DNA from: an uncultured Chloroflexia bacterium
GTDB lineage: Bacteria; Chloroflexota; Limnocylindria; Limnocylindrales; CSP1-4
Direction of reading: 5' to 3'
Assembly: GCA_963752475.1 (NCBI GenBank)
Contig: CAVVYR010000006.1
Span: forward strand, 288,001 to 352,000
Length of the DNA stretch: 64,000 nt
Part shown: positions 39,355 to 49,018 of the stretch, piece by piece
Numbering within the stretch: position 1 is the stretch's first letter
Layout: each line of letters starts with the position of its first letter
The notes under the pieces: model-generated
The model's database searches: none
What the model saw: the letters and a program-made list of their open reading frames with translations, nothing else
Told to the model about the DNA's origin: nothing
Made by a program: the position numbers and the translations under genes

Positions 39355-39936
39355 ATGGGTGTGATGGACGAGGCCGAAGAGGTCCACTTCACGACCGCTG
39401 ACGAATGGCGCTCGTGGCTGACGGCGAACCACACGCGCGAGCAGGGGGTCTGGCTCTTGTCGTACAAGCCGCGCACGGGAAAGCCGGCCATCGACTACGA
39501 GGACGCGGTCTGCGAGGCCCTCTGCTTCGGTTGGATCGACGCCACCTACCGCCATGTCGATGATGAGCGAGGAGCCCTATGGTGGTCGCCGCGCCGGAAG
39601 GGCAGTGTCTGGGCGCGCACGAACAAGGCTCGCGTGGAGCGACTGGAGGCCGAAGGCCGCATGACCGAAGCTGGCCGCGCCGCCATCGAGCGCGCCAAGG
39701 CCGATGGGTCGTGGACCCTGCTGGAGCCGGTCGAGGACCTCATCGTCCCCGATGACCTTGCGGCGGCGTTCGCCTCACGCCCGGGAGCGCAGGAACACTG
39801 GGAGTCGTTCGCACCTACGGCCCAGCGTGCGTACCTGCTCTGGGTCTACACCGCGAAGCGCAAGGAGACACGAGCGAGGCGCGTAGCGGAGTCGGCTGCG
39901 CTCGTCGCCGCTGGACTACGGCTCCAGGATCGCTAG
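39355..39936 (+). CDS. YdeI/OmpD-associated family protein
   Basis: WRSWL..NH, EALCFGWID, PRRKGSVW..TNK, AKRKETRARR. Confidence 0.9.
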   Translation: MGVMDEAEEVHFTTADEWRSWLTANHTREQGVWLLSYKPRTGKPAIDYEDAVCEALCFGWIDATYRHVDDERGALWWSPRRKGSVWARTNKARVERLEAEGRMTEAGRAAIERAKADGSWTLLEPVEDLIVPDDLAAAFASRPGAQEHWESFAPTAQRAYLLWVYTAKRKETRARRVAESAALVAAGLRLQDR

Positions 39937-40123
39937 GATCCGCCCAGTTCGTTCGATCGGATCGCAAGTGGTGACAGCAGTCAACGATCGGTGCGGTTCT
40001 GGGCGCTCTGCGTGGAGAATATGTACCATCATGGCGTCACATCTCCGGACCATGACTGGTTCGGGTGGGTCGCCTGCCAATCGTCTTCTTCGCATTCTTC
40101 CGCGGTCCCACCAGGAGATCCAT

Positions 40124-40987
40124 GTGAATACGTCTCAAGACCGATCACACGCAGCAGCGGCGGAGAGGGAGGCCGACGCTTCGAGCGGTCTGTCGCGATC
40201 ATCTCGCGGTCAGGCCCTGGTCGAGTTCGCCCTGATCCTGCCGGTCCTGCTGCTCATCCTGCTGCTCACCGTTGACTTCGGGCGCCTTTTCTTCAGCTAC
40301 GTCGCGGTCAACAACGCGGCTCGCGAAGCGACCAACTACGCTGCCATGCACGCCGGCGATCCTGACTACGACGCCGCTGCCTTCGACGCCGCCGTGGGCC
40401 AGGTGGCTGCCGCGGAAGCCAACGTCCAGGCTCAGGGCGGCGAGAACGAGATCTCCATCACCGGCCCCGTGTGCTTCGCACCTGGCACCGAGGTGGCCAT
40501 GGACTGCAACAGCGCCGCCCAATATGCCGGTGGTATCGGCAACCATGTCAGGGTCACGGCGAGCCAGCCCTTCGACTTCATGACGCCGATCATCGGTGAC
40601 GTGGTCGGCAGTCAGCTGGTGCTGAGCGCCTCTGCCACAGGAGCCGTCCTCAACCCCATCAACCCCGCTGTACTCGACGGCGGCGACGGTGACGATGGTG
40701 ACGACGGCGGCGGCGACGGTGACGATGGTGACGACGGCGGCGACGGTGACGATGGTGAGACGGGCGACGGTGACGATGGTGACGACGGCGGCGATACGTG
40801 CACCGTTCCGCTGCTCACGGGTAGGCTCTTCAACAACCCCAGCGCCCTCAACACTTGGCATAACGAAGCCAACTTCACGGGCACACTGACCAACGACGTC
40901 CCCAGGGACAACCAGAAGATCAAGTACCAGAGCCTTGCCGCGTACTCCGAGCAGCCATGCGACTCGAACATGCGGGTCTGGCGGTGA
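40124..40987 (+). CDS. TadE-like pilin with acidic GDD stalk and C-terminal PASTA-like domain (cassette A)
   Basis: [15 protein letters not shown]; GDGDDGDDGG repeats; CTVP...W..ANF...QSL. Confidence 0.85.
   Translation: MNTSQDRSHAAAAEREADASSGLSRSSRGQALVEFALILPVLLLILLLTVDFGRLFFSYVAVNNAAREATNYAAMHAGDPDYDAAAFDAAVGQVAAAEANVQAQGGENEISITGPVCFAPGTEVAMDCNSAAQYAGGIGNHVRVTASQPFDFMTPIIGDVVGSQLVLSASATGAVLNPINPAVLDGGDGDDGDDGGGDGDDGDDGGDGDDGETGDGDDGDDGGDTCTVPLLTGRLFNNPSALNTWHNEANFTGTLTNDVPRDNQKIKYQSLAAYSEQPCDSNMRVWR
40676..40795 (+). repeat. Coding low-complexity repeat (Gly/Asp)
   Basis: GGCGACGGTGACGATGGTGA units x4. Confidence 0.9.
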
Positions 40988-41571
40988 GACCGCGCCATGG
41001 CGGGAGGTCGGCGACTACGGACCAACAGGGTCAGACCCTGGTCGAGTTCGCGATCGTGCTGCCGGTCTTCCTGCTTGTGCTCTTCGGTCTCATCGATGTC
41101 GGTCGGCTCGTGTACACCAACGCAGCCGTTTCACAGGCCGCTCGTGAAGGCGCCAGATTGGCCGCAGCCGAGACCGCTTGGACCGGGGTCACGGATAACC
41201 CGGCTTGCGTCGCCGACGCCAGCCTCATCACCGCGGCAAACCCGGGAGCCTTCGTCTGCCCACTGGATGTGTCCGCGCTCAAGTCACATGTGACGGACGC
41301 GGCACAGCGCATGACGGTGGCGATGGGACCTGTGGCCAGTGTCCATCTCAGCTGCAACACCGGGGCAGACGACGACCAGGCCCCTTCCGGCGAGTGGACC
41401 GAGTCATCGGGGGGAAACGGGTGTGCTGACGGTGGCGGCGATCCGTTTAGTGCCCCGGGCGACCTCGTCTCGGTCCGCGTCCTGTACGACTACCAGTTCT
41501 TCACTCCCATCATCAGCACCTTCCTCGGTCCCACGACCCTGAGCGGCTCTGCGACCATGACAATCAACTAG
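40984..41571 (+). CDS. TadE-like pilin (cassette A)
   Basis: QGQTLVEFA, QAAREGAR; GTGA overlap. Confidence 0.88.
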   Translation: MRPRHGGRSATTDQQGQTLVEFAIVLPVFLLVLFGLIDVGRLVYTNAAVSQAAREGARLAAAETAWTGVTDNPACVADASLITAANPGAFVCPLDVSALKSHVTDAAQRMTVAMGPVASVHLSCNTGADDDQAPSGEWTESSGGNGCADGGGDPFSAPGDLVSVRVLYDYQFFTPIISTFLGPTTLSGSATMTIN

Positions 41572-41580
41572 GAGGCCAGC

Positions 41581-42711
41581 GTGCATCGTCGAAGTCGCAA
41601 GCCACAGCAGGGACAGGCCATCGCCCTCTTCACCCTCGCTCTCTCGGCCCTCATCCTGGCGAGCGCCGTGGTCGTGGATGGCGGGTTCGCTTTCGCCGAG
41701 CGCCGCCAGGCACAGAACGCGGCCGACTTCGCAGCCATCGCCGGAACCCGTATCGTCGGCATCGCCAAGACCGGTCAGCCTGCTGGAGCAGGAACGGCGG
41801 CAAACGTCCGCAACGCGGTCACCTCGACGCTCTCAGCCAACGACGCTTCGCTGGTCAGCGCCCGCTATGTCGACCAGGCCGGCCAGGACCTCGGTGATGT
41901 GACCTCGGCAACGGCTATCCCGCAGGACGCATTCGGCGTCGTCGTCGAGGCCCGGACCGACTGGTCGCCGTTCCTCCTCGGCATCATCGGGGCCGCAGAC
42001 TGGAGTGCGTCCGCGCCGGCCACTGCCTACACGTCCGGCACAAGTGGCGACGGTGGGGTCATGCCCGTGGCTGTGTCTGACACCGCCTACGAGAGCTTGA
42101 CCCAGTGCCTGGTCACGGAGCTCAGCGACTGCATCGGCGACCTTACGCCCGGCACCAACATCAACGCCGGCAGCTTCGGCTGGCTCACGTTCGGACGCAA
42201 GACCAGCAACAAGCATCAGTGCCCGTGGGAGAACAGCCTCAGGATGGACGACAATCCCGACGATTGCGAGCAGAACAACGGCTTCCTGAACCGCCAGATC
42301 GGACCGCCGTCGGTGACCCACGGCTGCTGCGGCCCCGTCGGGGAGGATGATAGTGCGGACCGGATCGGAGCCTACACCGGCAACACACACGGCGACTTCA
42401 GCTACTACATCGAGAACGAACTGGTCGTCTGGGTCCCGATCTATGACGATACCGTCGGCCCACAGGGCTCCGGTTCTGGCGCCTACTACGACATCATCGG
42501 CTTCGGGCCGATAGTGCTGACCGAACAGGACGGCAACTCCAACTCGAGTGCCCACGTGAAGTGGCTGAAGGGCAAGGCCGTCCTCACCGACTGCACGGGC
42601 ACCGATGGTGAGTCGGCCGTGGATTGGTCCATCGAAGGCGCCAGCTACTGCAAGGGCCCGGCCGGCAACTTCACCTTCGGAGCGACTGGGGACGTGCAAC
42701 TCCGTCGCTGA
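41581..42711 (+). CDS. TadG-like Cys-rich pilus tip protein (cassette A)
   Basis: QGQAIALF, AQNAADFAAIAG, GSFGWL, WVPIYD. Confidence 0.85.
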   Translation: MHRRSRKPQQGQAIALFTLALSALILASAVVVDGGFAFAERRQAQNAADFAAIAGTRIVGIAKTGQPAGAGTAANVRNAVTSTLSANDASLVSARYVDQAGQDLGDVTSATAIPQDAFGVVVEARTDWSPFLLGIIGAADWSASAPATAYTSGTSGDGGVMPVAVSDTAYESLTQCLVTELSDCIGDLTPGTNINAGSFGWLTFGRKTSNKHQCPWENSLRMDDNPDDCEQNNGFLNRQIGPPSVTHGCCGPVGEDDSADRIGAYTGNTHGDFSYYIENELVVWVPIYDDTVGPQGSGSGAYYDIIGFGPIVLTEQDGNSNSSAHVKWLKGKAVLTDCTGTDGESAVDWSIEGASYCKGPAGNFTFGATGDVQLRR

Positions 42712-43122
42712 GCGAGCCAGATCGGCGTCGAGGAACAGTAGCGAGCATCGCGGGCTCTGAGCGCGGCAGACTCCGAGACGTTCTACGGGGAGCTACCTTC
42801 GACCTCTGACTGGCCACGCCGCCGTGAGCGCTCCTGGCCTGCGCTTGCAACTGCCAAACCGCTCGGTGGCGTGCCGCCGGCAGGCGCCGAAGCCAGTCGT
42901 GGGCCACGTGGCTCCGTCGATCATCTGCTCGATCAGGGCGGTCGGCAGTGGCAGGGGGCGGTCCGGGAGTCCCTTGGTAGGGGGAACGGGGGCCCTTCGT
43001 ACAGGCGCGACGTACAGGGTTCGTGGGACACGATGCGCACCTAGCGATACGGGGCGCCCACGCCGCTGTGAACCAGGGTGCCCCGGCCAAGTGTCGACCG
43101 AAGAGGACGGACCGCCGGAGCC

Positions 43123-44092
43123 ATGAAGCCCCGCAACCGGGTCACAGACGATCGAGCTGGCTATGGCCAGGCATTGGTCGAGTTCGCCCTCGTGACGCCG
43201 GTCATGCTGCTCATCATGCTGCTGGCCGTCGACTTCGGACGCCTGTTCTTCACCTACGTCTCGGTCAACAACGCGGCGCGCGAAGGAGCGTTACTACGCG
43301 GCCACCCACGCTGCCGACTCCGACTACGTACAGTCGACCTACGAGTCACGCGTGGCCCAGGCGGCGGTCAACGAGGCCAACGCCCAGAGCCAGGGCAGCG
43401 AAGGCGCGCTGACGGTGGCTGTGCCCACGTGCTACGAAGCGTCCACCGGGACCGCGTTGTCCTGCGACACGGCCTCTGACTTCGCGGGCGGTATCGGCAA
43501 TCGCGTGACGGTGTCAGCAAGCCGGACGTTCACCTTCCTGACGCCCATCATCACCGACGTCCTCGGCGGCGAGCTGACGCTATCGGCGTCTGCCACAGCG
43601 CCGGTCATGAACCCGGCGGTGACGCAGATCGTGGCCGTGGCCACGCCGACGCCGGCCACGACGCCGACGCCGACAGCTGGCGCGACTGCGACCCCGACCG
43701 CGACGCCTACCGCCACCCCAACGCCGACACCGACCCCGACACCTACTCCCACCCCCACACCGACACCGAGCCCGACGGTGCCCGGGTTCGTCGTACCCAC
43801 ACCGACGCCCACCCCCACACCGACGCCCACCCCCACACCGACGCCCACCCCCACACCGACGCCCACCCCCACGCCCACGCCGGTGCCGACGCCGTCGATC
43901 TGCATCGTGCCGGACTACTGGCACACGCACTGGAACGACGTCGGTGGCGTACATGCACTCGAGGTGTGGGAAGGAGCCGGCTTCAGCGGGACACTCATCA
44001 ACCTCGCCGGCAGCAAGAAGATCCAGAACCAGTCGTTGGCCGCCGGAGTAGAGGTGGCATGTACATCGAACATGTCGGTCGACAACAACTGA
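43123..44092 (+). CDS. TadE-like pilin with Pro-Thr stalk and PASTA-like domain; +1 frameshift near 43291 (cassette B)
   Basis: [17 protein letters not shown]; paralogue of 40124; removing one T restores [11 protein letters not shown]. Confidence 0.82.
43643..43897 (+). repeat. Coding (Pro-Thr)n repeat
   Basis: ACACCGACGCCCACCCCC-type units. Confidence 0.9.
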
Positions 44093-44676
44093 TGCGCCGC
44101 ATTCGATCACGCGACCAGGGCAGGGATGGGGAGCGTGGGCAGGGCCTGGTCGAACTCGCCGTGGTGCTACCGGTGTTCCTGCTCATCGTGTTCGGCCTGG
44201 TCGACGTCGGACGTCTCGTCTACACGAACTCGACGATCTCCCAGGCCGCCCGAGAGGGTGCTCGTCTGGCGGCGACCGAGGCTCGGTGGATCGGCTCCAC
44301 CCATGACGCCTGCGTGGCCGACGAGAGCGGCATCACTTCGGCTCGCCCGGGCGCGCATGTCTGCCCCGCCGACGTGACCGCGCTCAAATCGCACATCGCC
44401 GACGCCGTCGAGCGCATGACGGTCGCGGTAGGACCCATCACCAGCATCCATATCAGTTGCAATGACGGCAGTGGCCTCGATCCGGCGCCGAGCGGCGACT
44501 GGACCGAGGGCTCCGGGGGCAACGGCTGCACCGATGCCGATGGCGATCCCATCTCCGCGAGCGGCGACCTCGTGAGTGTCCGCATCGAGTACACCCACGA
44601 CTTGTTCACTCCCCTCGTCAATTCGTTCGTCCCATCGACCTCGCTGAGCGGGTCGGCGACGATGGCCATCAACTAG
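44092..44676 (+). CDS. TadE-like pilin (cassette B)
   Basis: RGQGLVELA, SQAAREGAR; TGATG overlap; paralogue of 40984. Confidence 0.88.
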   Translation: MRRIRSRDQGRDGERGQGLVELAVVLPVFLLIVFGLVDVGRLVYTNSTISQAAREGARLAATEARWIGSTHDACVADESGITSARPGAHVCPADVTALKSHIADAVERMTVAVGPITSIHISCNDGSGLDPAPSGDWTEGSGGNGCTDADGDPISASGDLVSVRIEYTHDLFTPLVNSFVPSTSLSGSATMAIN

Positions 44677-44677
44677 G

Positions 44678-45781
44678 GTGACAGCGGTGCGTATGTCCTC
44701 TCGGGAGCATCAGCGCGGCCAGGCACTGGCCCTCTTCGCGATCATGCTCACGGCCCTCGTGCTTGCCTCAGCTGTCGTCGTCGACGGCGGCTACGCCTTT
44801 GCCCAGCGGCGTCAATCCCAGAACGCGGCTGACTTCGCTGCCATGGCCGGCGCTCGCATCATCGGCGCGTCGCTGACGTCCCGGCCGCCTGGTGTCGGCA
44901 CCGCCGCCAACGTGCTTGCGGCTATCGAGACGACGCTGGCAGATAACGAGAGTGGCCTCGTCTCGGCCCGCTACGTCGATCACTCCGGAGGAGATCTCGG
45001 AGACGTCACTACCGCGTCCGCCATCCCCGGCGATGCCTTCGGAGTCGTCGTCGAGGCACGCGCCACATGGCAGCCGTTCCTGCTGGGCACACTCGGCGTC
45101 ACCCAGTGGATCGCCGGTGCCACGGCCACAGCCATGACCATCGGCGAGAGCGAAGGCGGCGCCATCCTGCCGGTAGGCATCGATGAGGACACCTACAACG
45201 GCATGTCCGATTGCGATGCGCATGTGTTGGGCAGCTGTTTCCAGGCCCTTACCCCAGGCGACCTCATCGGTCCAGGATCCTTCGGCTGGCTGAAGTTCGG
45301 ACTGAACGGCAACGGAGGCAAGTGCGACTGGAGCTGGAGTCTGGGCATGGAAGCCGACGGTGGCTGCCAGAACAACCAGCCCTTCCTGCAGTCGCAGATC
45401 TGGCCGGAACCCGACCCGCATGGCTGCTGTGGACCCGTGGACGCGCCTGGGCCAAACGGCGAGGTCAACGAGAACAAGATCGGCGCTCTGACCGGCAACG
45501 AGTGGGGCGACCTCAGCCACTACGTCGACGACCAGGTCCCGGTGTGGGTGCCGATCTACAGCAGCCTCTCCGGCAACGGCTCCAACGCGTACTACAACAT
45601 CGTCGGCTATGGGGCCATCGTCTTCACCGGCTCTGGCACACAGCACGCCAAGTGGCTGCAGGGCTACCGGGTCGACGAGCTGGCCTGCCAGGACCCCTCG
45701 GACCCCAGCATCAAGTACTGCAGCGCCCCCGGCGGTGCCTTCAAATTCGATGTGACCGGCGAGGTCGAACTGCGCTACTGA
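44678..45781 (+). CDS. TadG-like Cys-rich pilus tip protein (cassette B)
   Basis: RGQALALF, SQNAADFAAMAG, GSFGWL, WVPIYS; paralogue of 41581. Confidence 0.85.
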   Translation: MTAVRMSSREHQRGQALALFAIMLTALVLASAVVVDGGYAFAQRRQSQNAADFAAMAGARIIGASLTSRPPGVGTAANVLAAIETTLADNESGLVSARYVDHSGGDLGDVTTASAIPGDAFGVVVEARATWQPFLLGTLGVTQWIAGATATAMTIGESEGGAILPVGIDEDTYNGMSDCDAHVLGSCFQALTPGDLIGPGSFGWLKFGLNGNGGKCDWSWSLGMEADGGCQNNQPFLQSQIWPEPDPHGCCGPVDAPGPNGEVNENKIGALTGNEWGDLSHYVDDQVPVWVPIYSSLSGNGSNAYYNIVGYGAIVFTGSGTQHAKWLQGYRVDELACQDPSDPSIKYCSAPGGAFKFDVTGEVELRY

Positions 45782-46246
45782 GCCCGGGTGCGTCGCGCCC
45801 CAGTCGAGCGCGCGCACACTCCTGGAGACACCCACGGCACCTCGATCACCGTGGGTGTCTTCGTGTGCGTCCGAGGGCAGCACGAGGCATCACGGCCGCG
45901 ATGGTGACCCTCGCAAGACGGATAGGACCATAGGCTGACGAGCCCGTGACGATGTATCCCCCACCAGTCAAAACGGAAGGTACTCGCCCGTAGGTCCGCC
46001 CAGGGCATGGGACCTGCGGGCTGCTCCATGGCCGGTCCGCTTGGGCAATGGGCGGTCGGGGGTGGTCATGCCTACAGGCCGGCCGCGGTGACGGCGGTGC
46101 GGTGCTCCTTCGAGGCACCGACCATGGTCCTGCTGACGGATGGAAGCGCGCGCCCGAGGATCGGTCTCAGACAACGAAACGGCCTCGACGTACAAGGGCC
46201 ACCAGCGATCACAGCAAGAGAACGGGCAGGGCAAGGAGCAAGCAAG

Positions 46247-46687
46247 ATGCGCAAGATCATCAGCCTCTCGATCGGAGTAGCTCTCGCGGCCACGGTGTTC
46301 GCGGCACTTCCCGCCGCTGCCGGGTCCGCCACCGTCACGCGCGGCGGTGACTGCGGTCTGCCCGGCCTCGATGTCGACGGCGGCCTCATCCGGCCAGGGC
46401 GCATGGGCACCGTCAAGAGGTTCGTCGTGAACGACAACCACGCGAAGCTGACCTGCAAGGGCACCGAGATCGAGAACGACTACGGGCGAACGCATGTGGT
46501 CGCCGGGTTCAGTGTGTGCGGTCTTCCTGCCCGGCGAGGAAGAACCCCCATCGTTGGCATCACCGAGGACTCCTTCGCCAAGATCAGCAAGGACGGCAAC
46601 GCCATCGTGCAGTGCACCCTTCCGATGGAGCAGCTAGAGCGACCGAGCGGAGGCGTAGCCTGCTTCGACAGGCGCCTTGGAGCCTGA
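46247..46687 (+). CDS. Small secreted Cys-containing hypothetical protein
   Basis: AAGGAG RBS; MRKIISL signal peptide; five Cys. Confidence 0.75.
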   Translation: MRKIISLSIGVALAATVFAALPAAAGSATVTRGGDCGLPGLDVDGGLIRPGRMGTVKRFVVNDNHAKLTCKGTEIENDYGRTHVVAGFSVCGLPARRGRTPIVGITEDSFAKISKDGNAIVQCTLPMEQLERPSGGVACFDRRLGA

Positions 46688-46701
46688 CTCCGACCCCCGG
46701 G

Positions 46702-46731
46702 CGGCCCAGCTGATGCAGCTGGGCCGTTCTT
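46702..46731 (+). terminator. Intrinsic terminator between convergent genes
   Basis: CGGCCCAGCTG-ATG-CAGCTGGGCCG then TTCTT. Confidence 0.7.
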
Positions 46732-46746
46732 CGTGCCCGGGCGCGG

Positions 46747-48198
46747 CTACGTCTGGTCTTCCTCCTGCCCGTCGGATGTGGCCGCGTCAGCGGCGTCTTC
46801 CACCACGTCAGCATCGGCGTCGGTGGAGACGTTGATGTCCACCTCGGCGATGGTGTCGGGCTCGGTGCGAGCCCGGATGGCGCGCTCCTCCGCCGACCCG
46901 GTGAGGTTGGCGTTGTCGAGCGCGTTGTTGAAGACGCTGGCCATGTTGATCCCGGTCAGGTTCTCGATGGCAGCACTGGTCTGGGTCAGGTTGCTGGTGG
47001 TCGTGCGCACGATCTCCGAAGCCCCGTCGGTCGAGAGCACGGTCAGGTTGTCGATCTGGCCGATGGGCTCGGCCGCGGCACGAACGGTGTTGGGCAGGTC
47101 ACGCAGGATCGTGGCCAGGACGGCCGCATCGTTGAAGTGCCGGTACGCCTCCGCTCGCATCTCGAGCGCGGCGGCCTCGGCCTCTCCCTGCTTGTGGATG
47201 ACGGTCGCTTCGGCCTCGCCCTGGAGGCGGACCTTTTCAGCCTCAGCTTGGGCCGCGGCGATGGCGGCGAGACGATCGCCATCGGCGCGCTTGACCACGG
47301 CCTCGGCCTCGGCCTCGGCGGGACGCACGGTGCTCGCCAGCAGCTCCTTGGCCTTGCGCTCGGCTGCCAGCTCGGCGAGCCTTGTCTGTTCCTGCATGAC
47401 CTCCTGGGTCGCCTTGGCTTCGGCCAGAGGACCGGCCTGACCGGCCTGGGCGCGTGCCCTGTCGGTCTCCTGCTTCACGTCGGCTTCACGCAGCTGGACG
47501 CCGCGCTCGGCGTTGAGCTTGATCTGCTCGGCCTCCGCTTCGCGCACCCGGGCTTCCTGGTCCGCGTCAGCCTGGGCCATGCGGGCGTCGCGCTCGCGGC
47601 GGGCCAGCTCCTGGCGTCCCACGAGCTCCATGTACTCGAGCGCCTCGCCGCCGATGGCCTGGATGGTGAAGCTGTCGATGACCAGGCCGGAGGTGGCGAG
47701 GTCGCCGATGGCGGCCGACTGCACGGCCTGCTGGAACTTCTGGCGGTCGAGGTTCAACTCCTCGACGGTGAGCGTGCCGACGATCGAGCGCAATGAGCCC
47801 TCGAGCACGTTCTTGACGATGTCGTCGACCTCGCGGATGTCCGTGCGCAGGAAGCGCTCTGCGGCATTGCGGATGGACGTTTCGTCGGCGCCGACCTTGA
47901 ACGTGGCCACGCCCTCCAGGGCGACCTTGATGCCCTGGCTCGTCACCGCATCGGTGAGCTGGACGTTGATCTGACGGGCCGTCAGCGACAGCCGGCCGAG
48001 CTCGTGCAGCAGGGGCAGCACGATGATGCCGCCGGCACGCACGACCTTGAGCTCCTGGTCGCCGCCTCGACGACCGCTGCGGATGAGGGCCTCATTGGCG
48101 CTGGCGACCTTGTAGCGAGACGCGGCGTAGGCCACGACCAGCGCCAGGATCACCACCAGGAAGAAGACGATCAGGGCTTCTGCACCCAGGCTTGGCAT
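46747..48198 (-). CDS. Flotillin (SPFH domain, FloT-like)
   Basis: N-terminal TM; NAAERFL, LEGSLRSIVGTLTVEE; AEA repeats; EPIGQIDNLTVLS. Confidence 0.92.
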   Translation of the reverse strand: MPSLGAEALIVFFLVVILALVVAYAASRYKVASANEALIRSGRRGGDQELKVVRAGGIIVLPLLHELGRLSLTARQINVQLTDAVTSQGIKVALEGVATFKVGADETSIRNAAERFLRTDIREVDDIVKNVLEGSLRSIVGTLTVEELNLDRQKFQQAVQSAAIGDLATSGLVIDSFTIQAIGGEALEYMELVGRQELARRERDARMAQADADQEARVREAEAEQIKLNAERGVQLREADVKQETDRARAQAGQAGPLAEAKATQEVMQEQTRLAELAAERKAKELLASTVRPAEAEAEAVVKRADGDRLAAIAAAQAEAEKVRLQGEAEATVIHKQGEAEAAALEMRAEAYRHFNDAAVLATILRDLPNTVRAAAEPIGQIDNLTVLSTDGASEIVRTTTSNLTQTSAAIENLTGINMASVFNNALDNANLTGSAEERAIRARTEPDTIAEVDINVSTDADADVVEDAADAATSDGQEEDQT

Positions 48199-48281
48199 GG
48201 TTCGTTCCTCGAGTCGTGAGAGCCTGTGGACGATGCGGGAGGCTCTCGGCTCCCGCGTGGGGTCAGGGGGTCAGTCAGGGG

Positions 48282-48848
48282 TCAGTGGGTCTCGCTGGGG
48301 TCGATGGCAGGCGCCGGTTCGGGGTGGGCCGCGGGTAGCTCCACGATGAGCCCGTTACCGGCCACACCCGTGATGCGCACCATCACGCCCCGCGCGATGT
48401 CGTCCGAGGCCGTGGCGCGGTACTGCTGCGTGGTCCCCTCGACCTCCAGCGAGATCGTGCCCCACGCGGTCCTGGGAATCGACACGAGCACGTACGCTTC
48501 GCGGCCGATGAGGTCCTCCTGGGAGAACGGCGACTCCGTCTCCGAGGTGTAGAGGAAGCGGAACATGGCCCAGGAGAGCGCGCCGCCGGCTGCGCCGAAG
48601 GCCACGCCCACGACAGAGGCCTGCGCGCCGTTCAGCCCCAGCACCTGTGTGCCCAGGAGGCCGCCGATGCCGAACATGGCCACGAACGACAGCAGGATGG
48701 GCATGAGCGAGGTGCCACCCAGGTCGAAATCGAGGAAGTCGAGCAGCCCTCCCAGGATGTCGTCGAGCAGGACGGTGATGAGGAGCAGGGCACCGCCCAC
48801 GATGGCGCAGACCAGGAAGATGAGGTCTGCGGCGCCGCTGTCGAACAC
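48282..48848 (-). CDS. NfeD-like (YuaF-type) flotillin partner
   Basis: Three TM helices plus C-terminal OB-fold-like LIGREAYV...V.ITGVAGNGLIV. Confidence 0.85.
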   Translation of the reverse strand: MFDSGAADLIFLVCAIVGGALLLITVLLDDILGGLLDFLDFDLGGTSLMPILLSFVAMFGIGGLLGTQVLGLNGAQASVVGVAFGAAGGALSWAMFRFLYTSETESPFSQEDLIGREAYVLVSIPRTAWGTISLEVEGTTQQYRATASDDIARGVMVRITGVAGNGLIVELPAAHPEPAPAIDPSETH

Positions 48849-49018
48849 GGACGAGCCTCCAGTCTGCCGGGACGCCGGCACTACGATCGTTGTCGTCTAT
48901 TGTCCGGCAGGAGGGCAATGAGCGTGTGACGGCGGTGCTTCGTCGGCCCGCCTGACGGTCCGCGGGAGTCGGGGTAGCATCCGCCCCGGAGGGACCACCA
49001 CCTGCCCCTGGAGGAACG

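Noticed and set aside
40041-40119. SD-sequestering structure in the cassette A leader (ATCTCC/GGAGAT, GGTGGG/CCCACC)
   Set aside because: The helices are short and expected by chance at this GC content; no recognisable aptamer motif.
43432-43905. (GV)n minus-strand ORF
   Set aside because: Reverse complement of the Pro-Thr linker.
40124-45781. Diversity-generating retroelement or invertible shufflon acting on the pilin paralogues
   Set aside because: No reverse transcriptase or invertase in the window, differences are not adenine-specific, and the cassettes are direct, broadly diverged duplicates.
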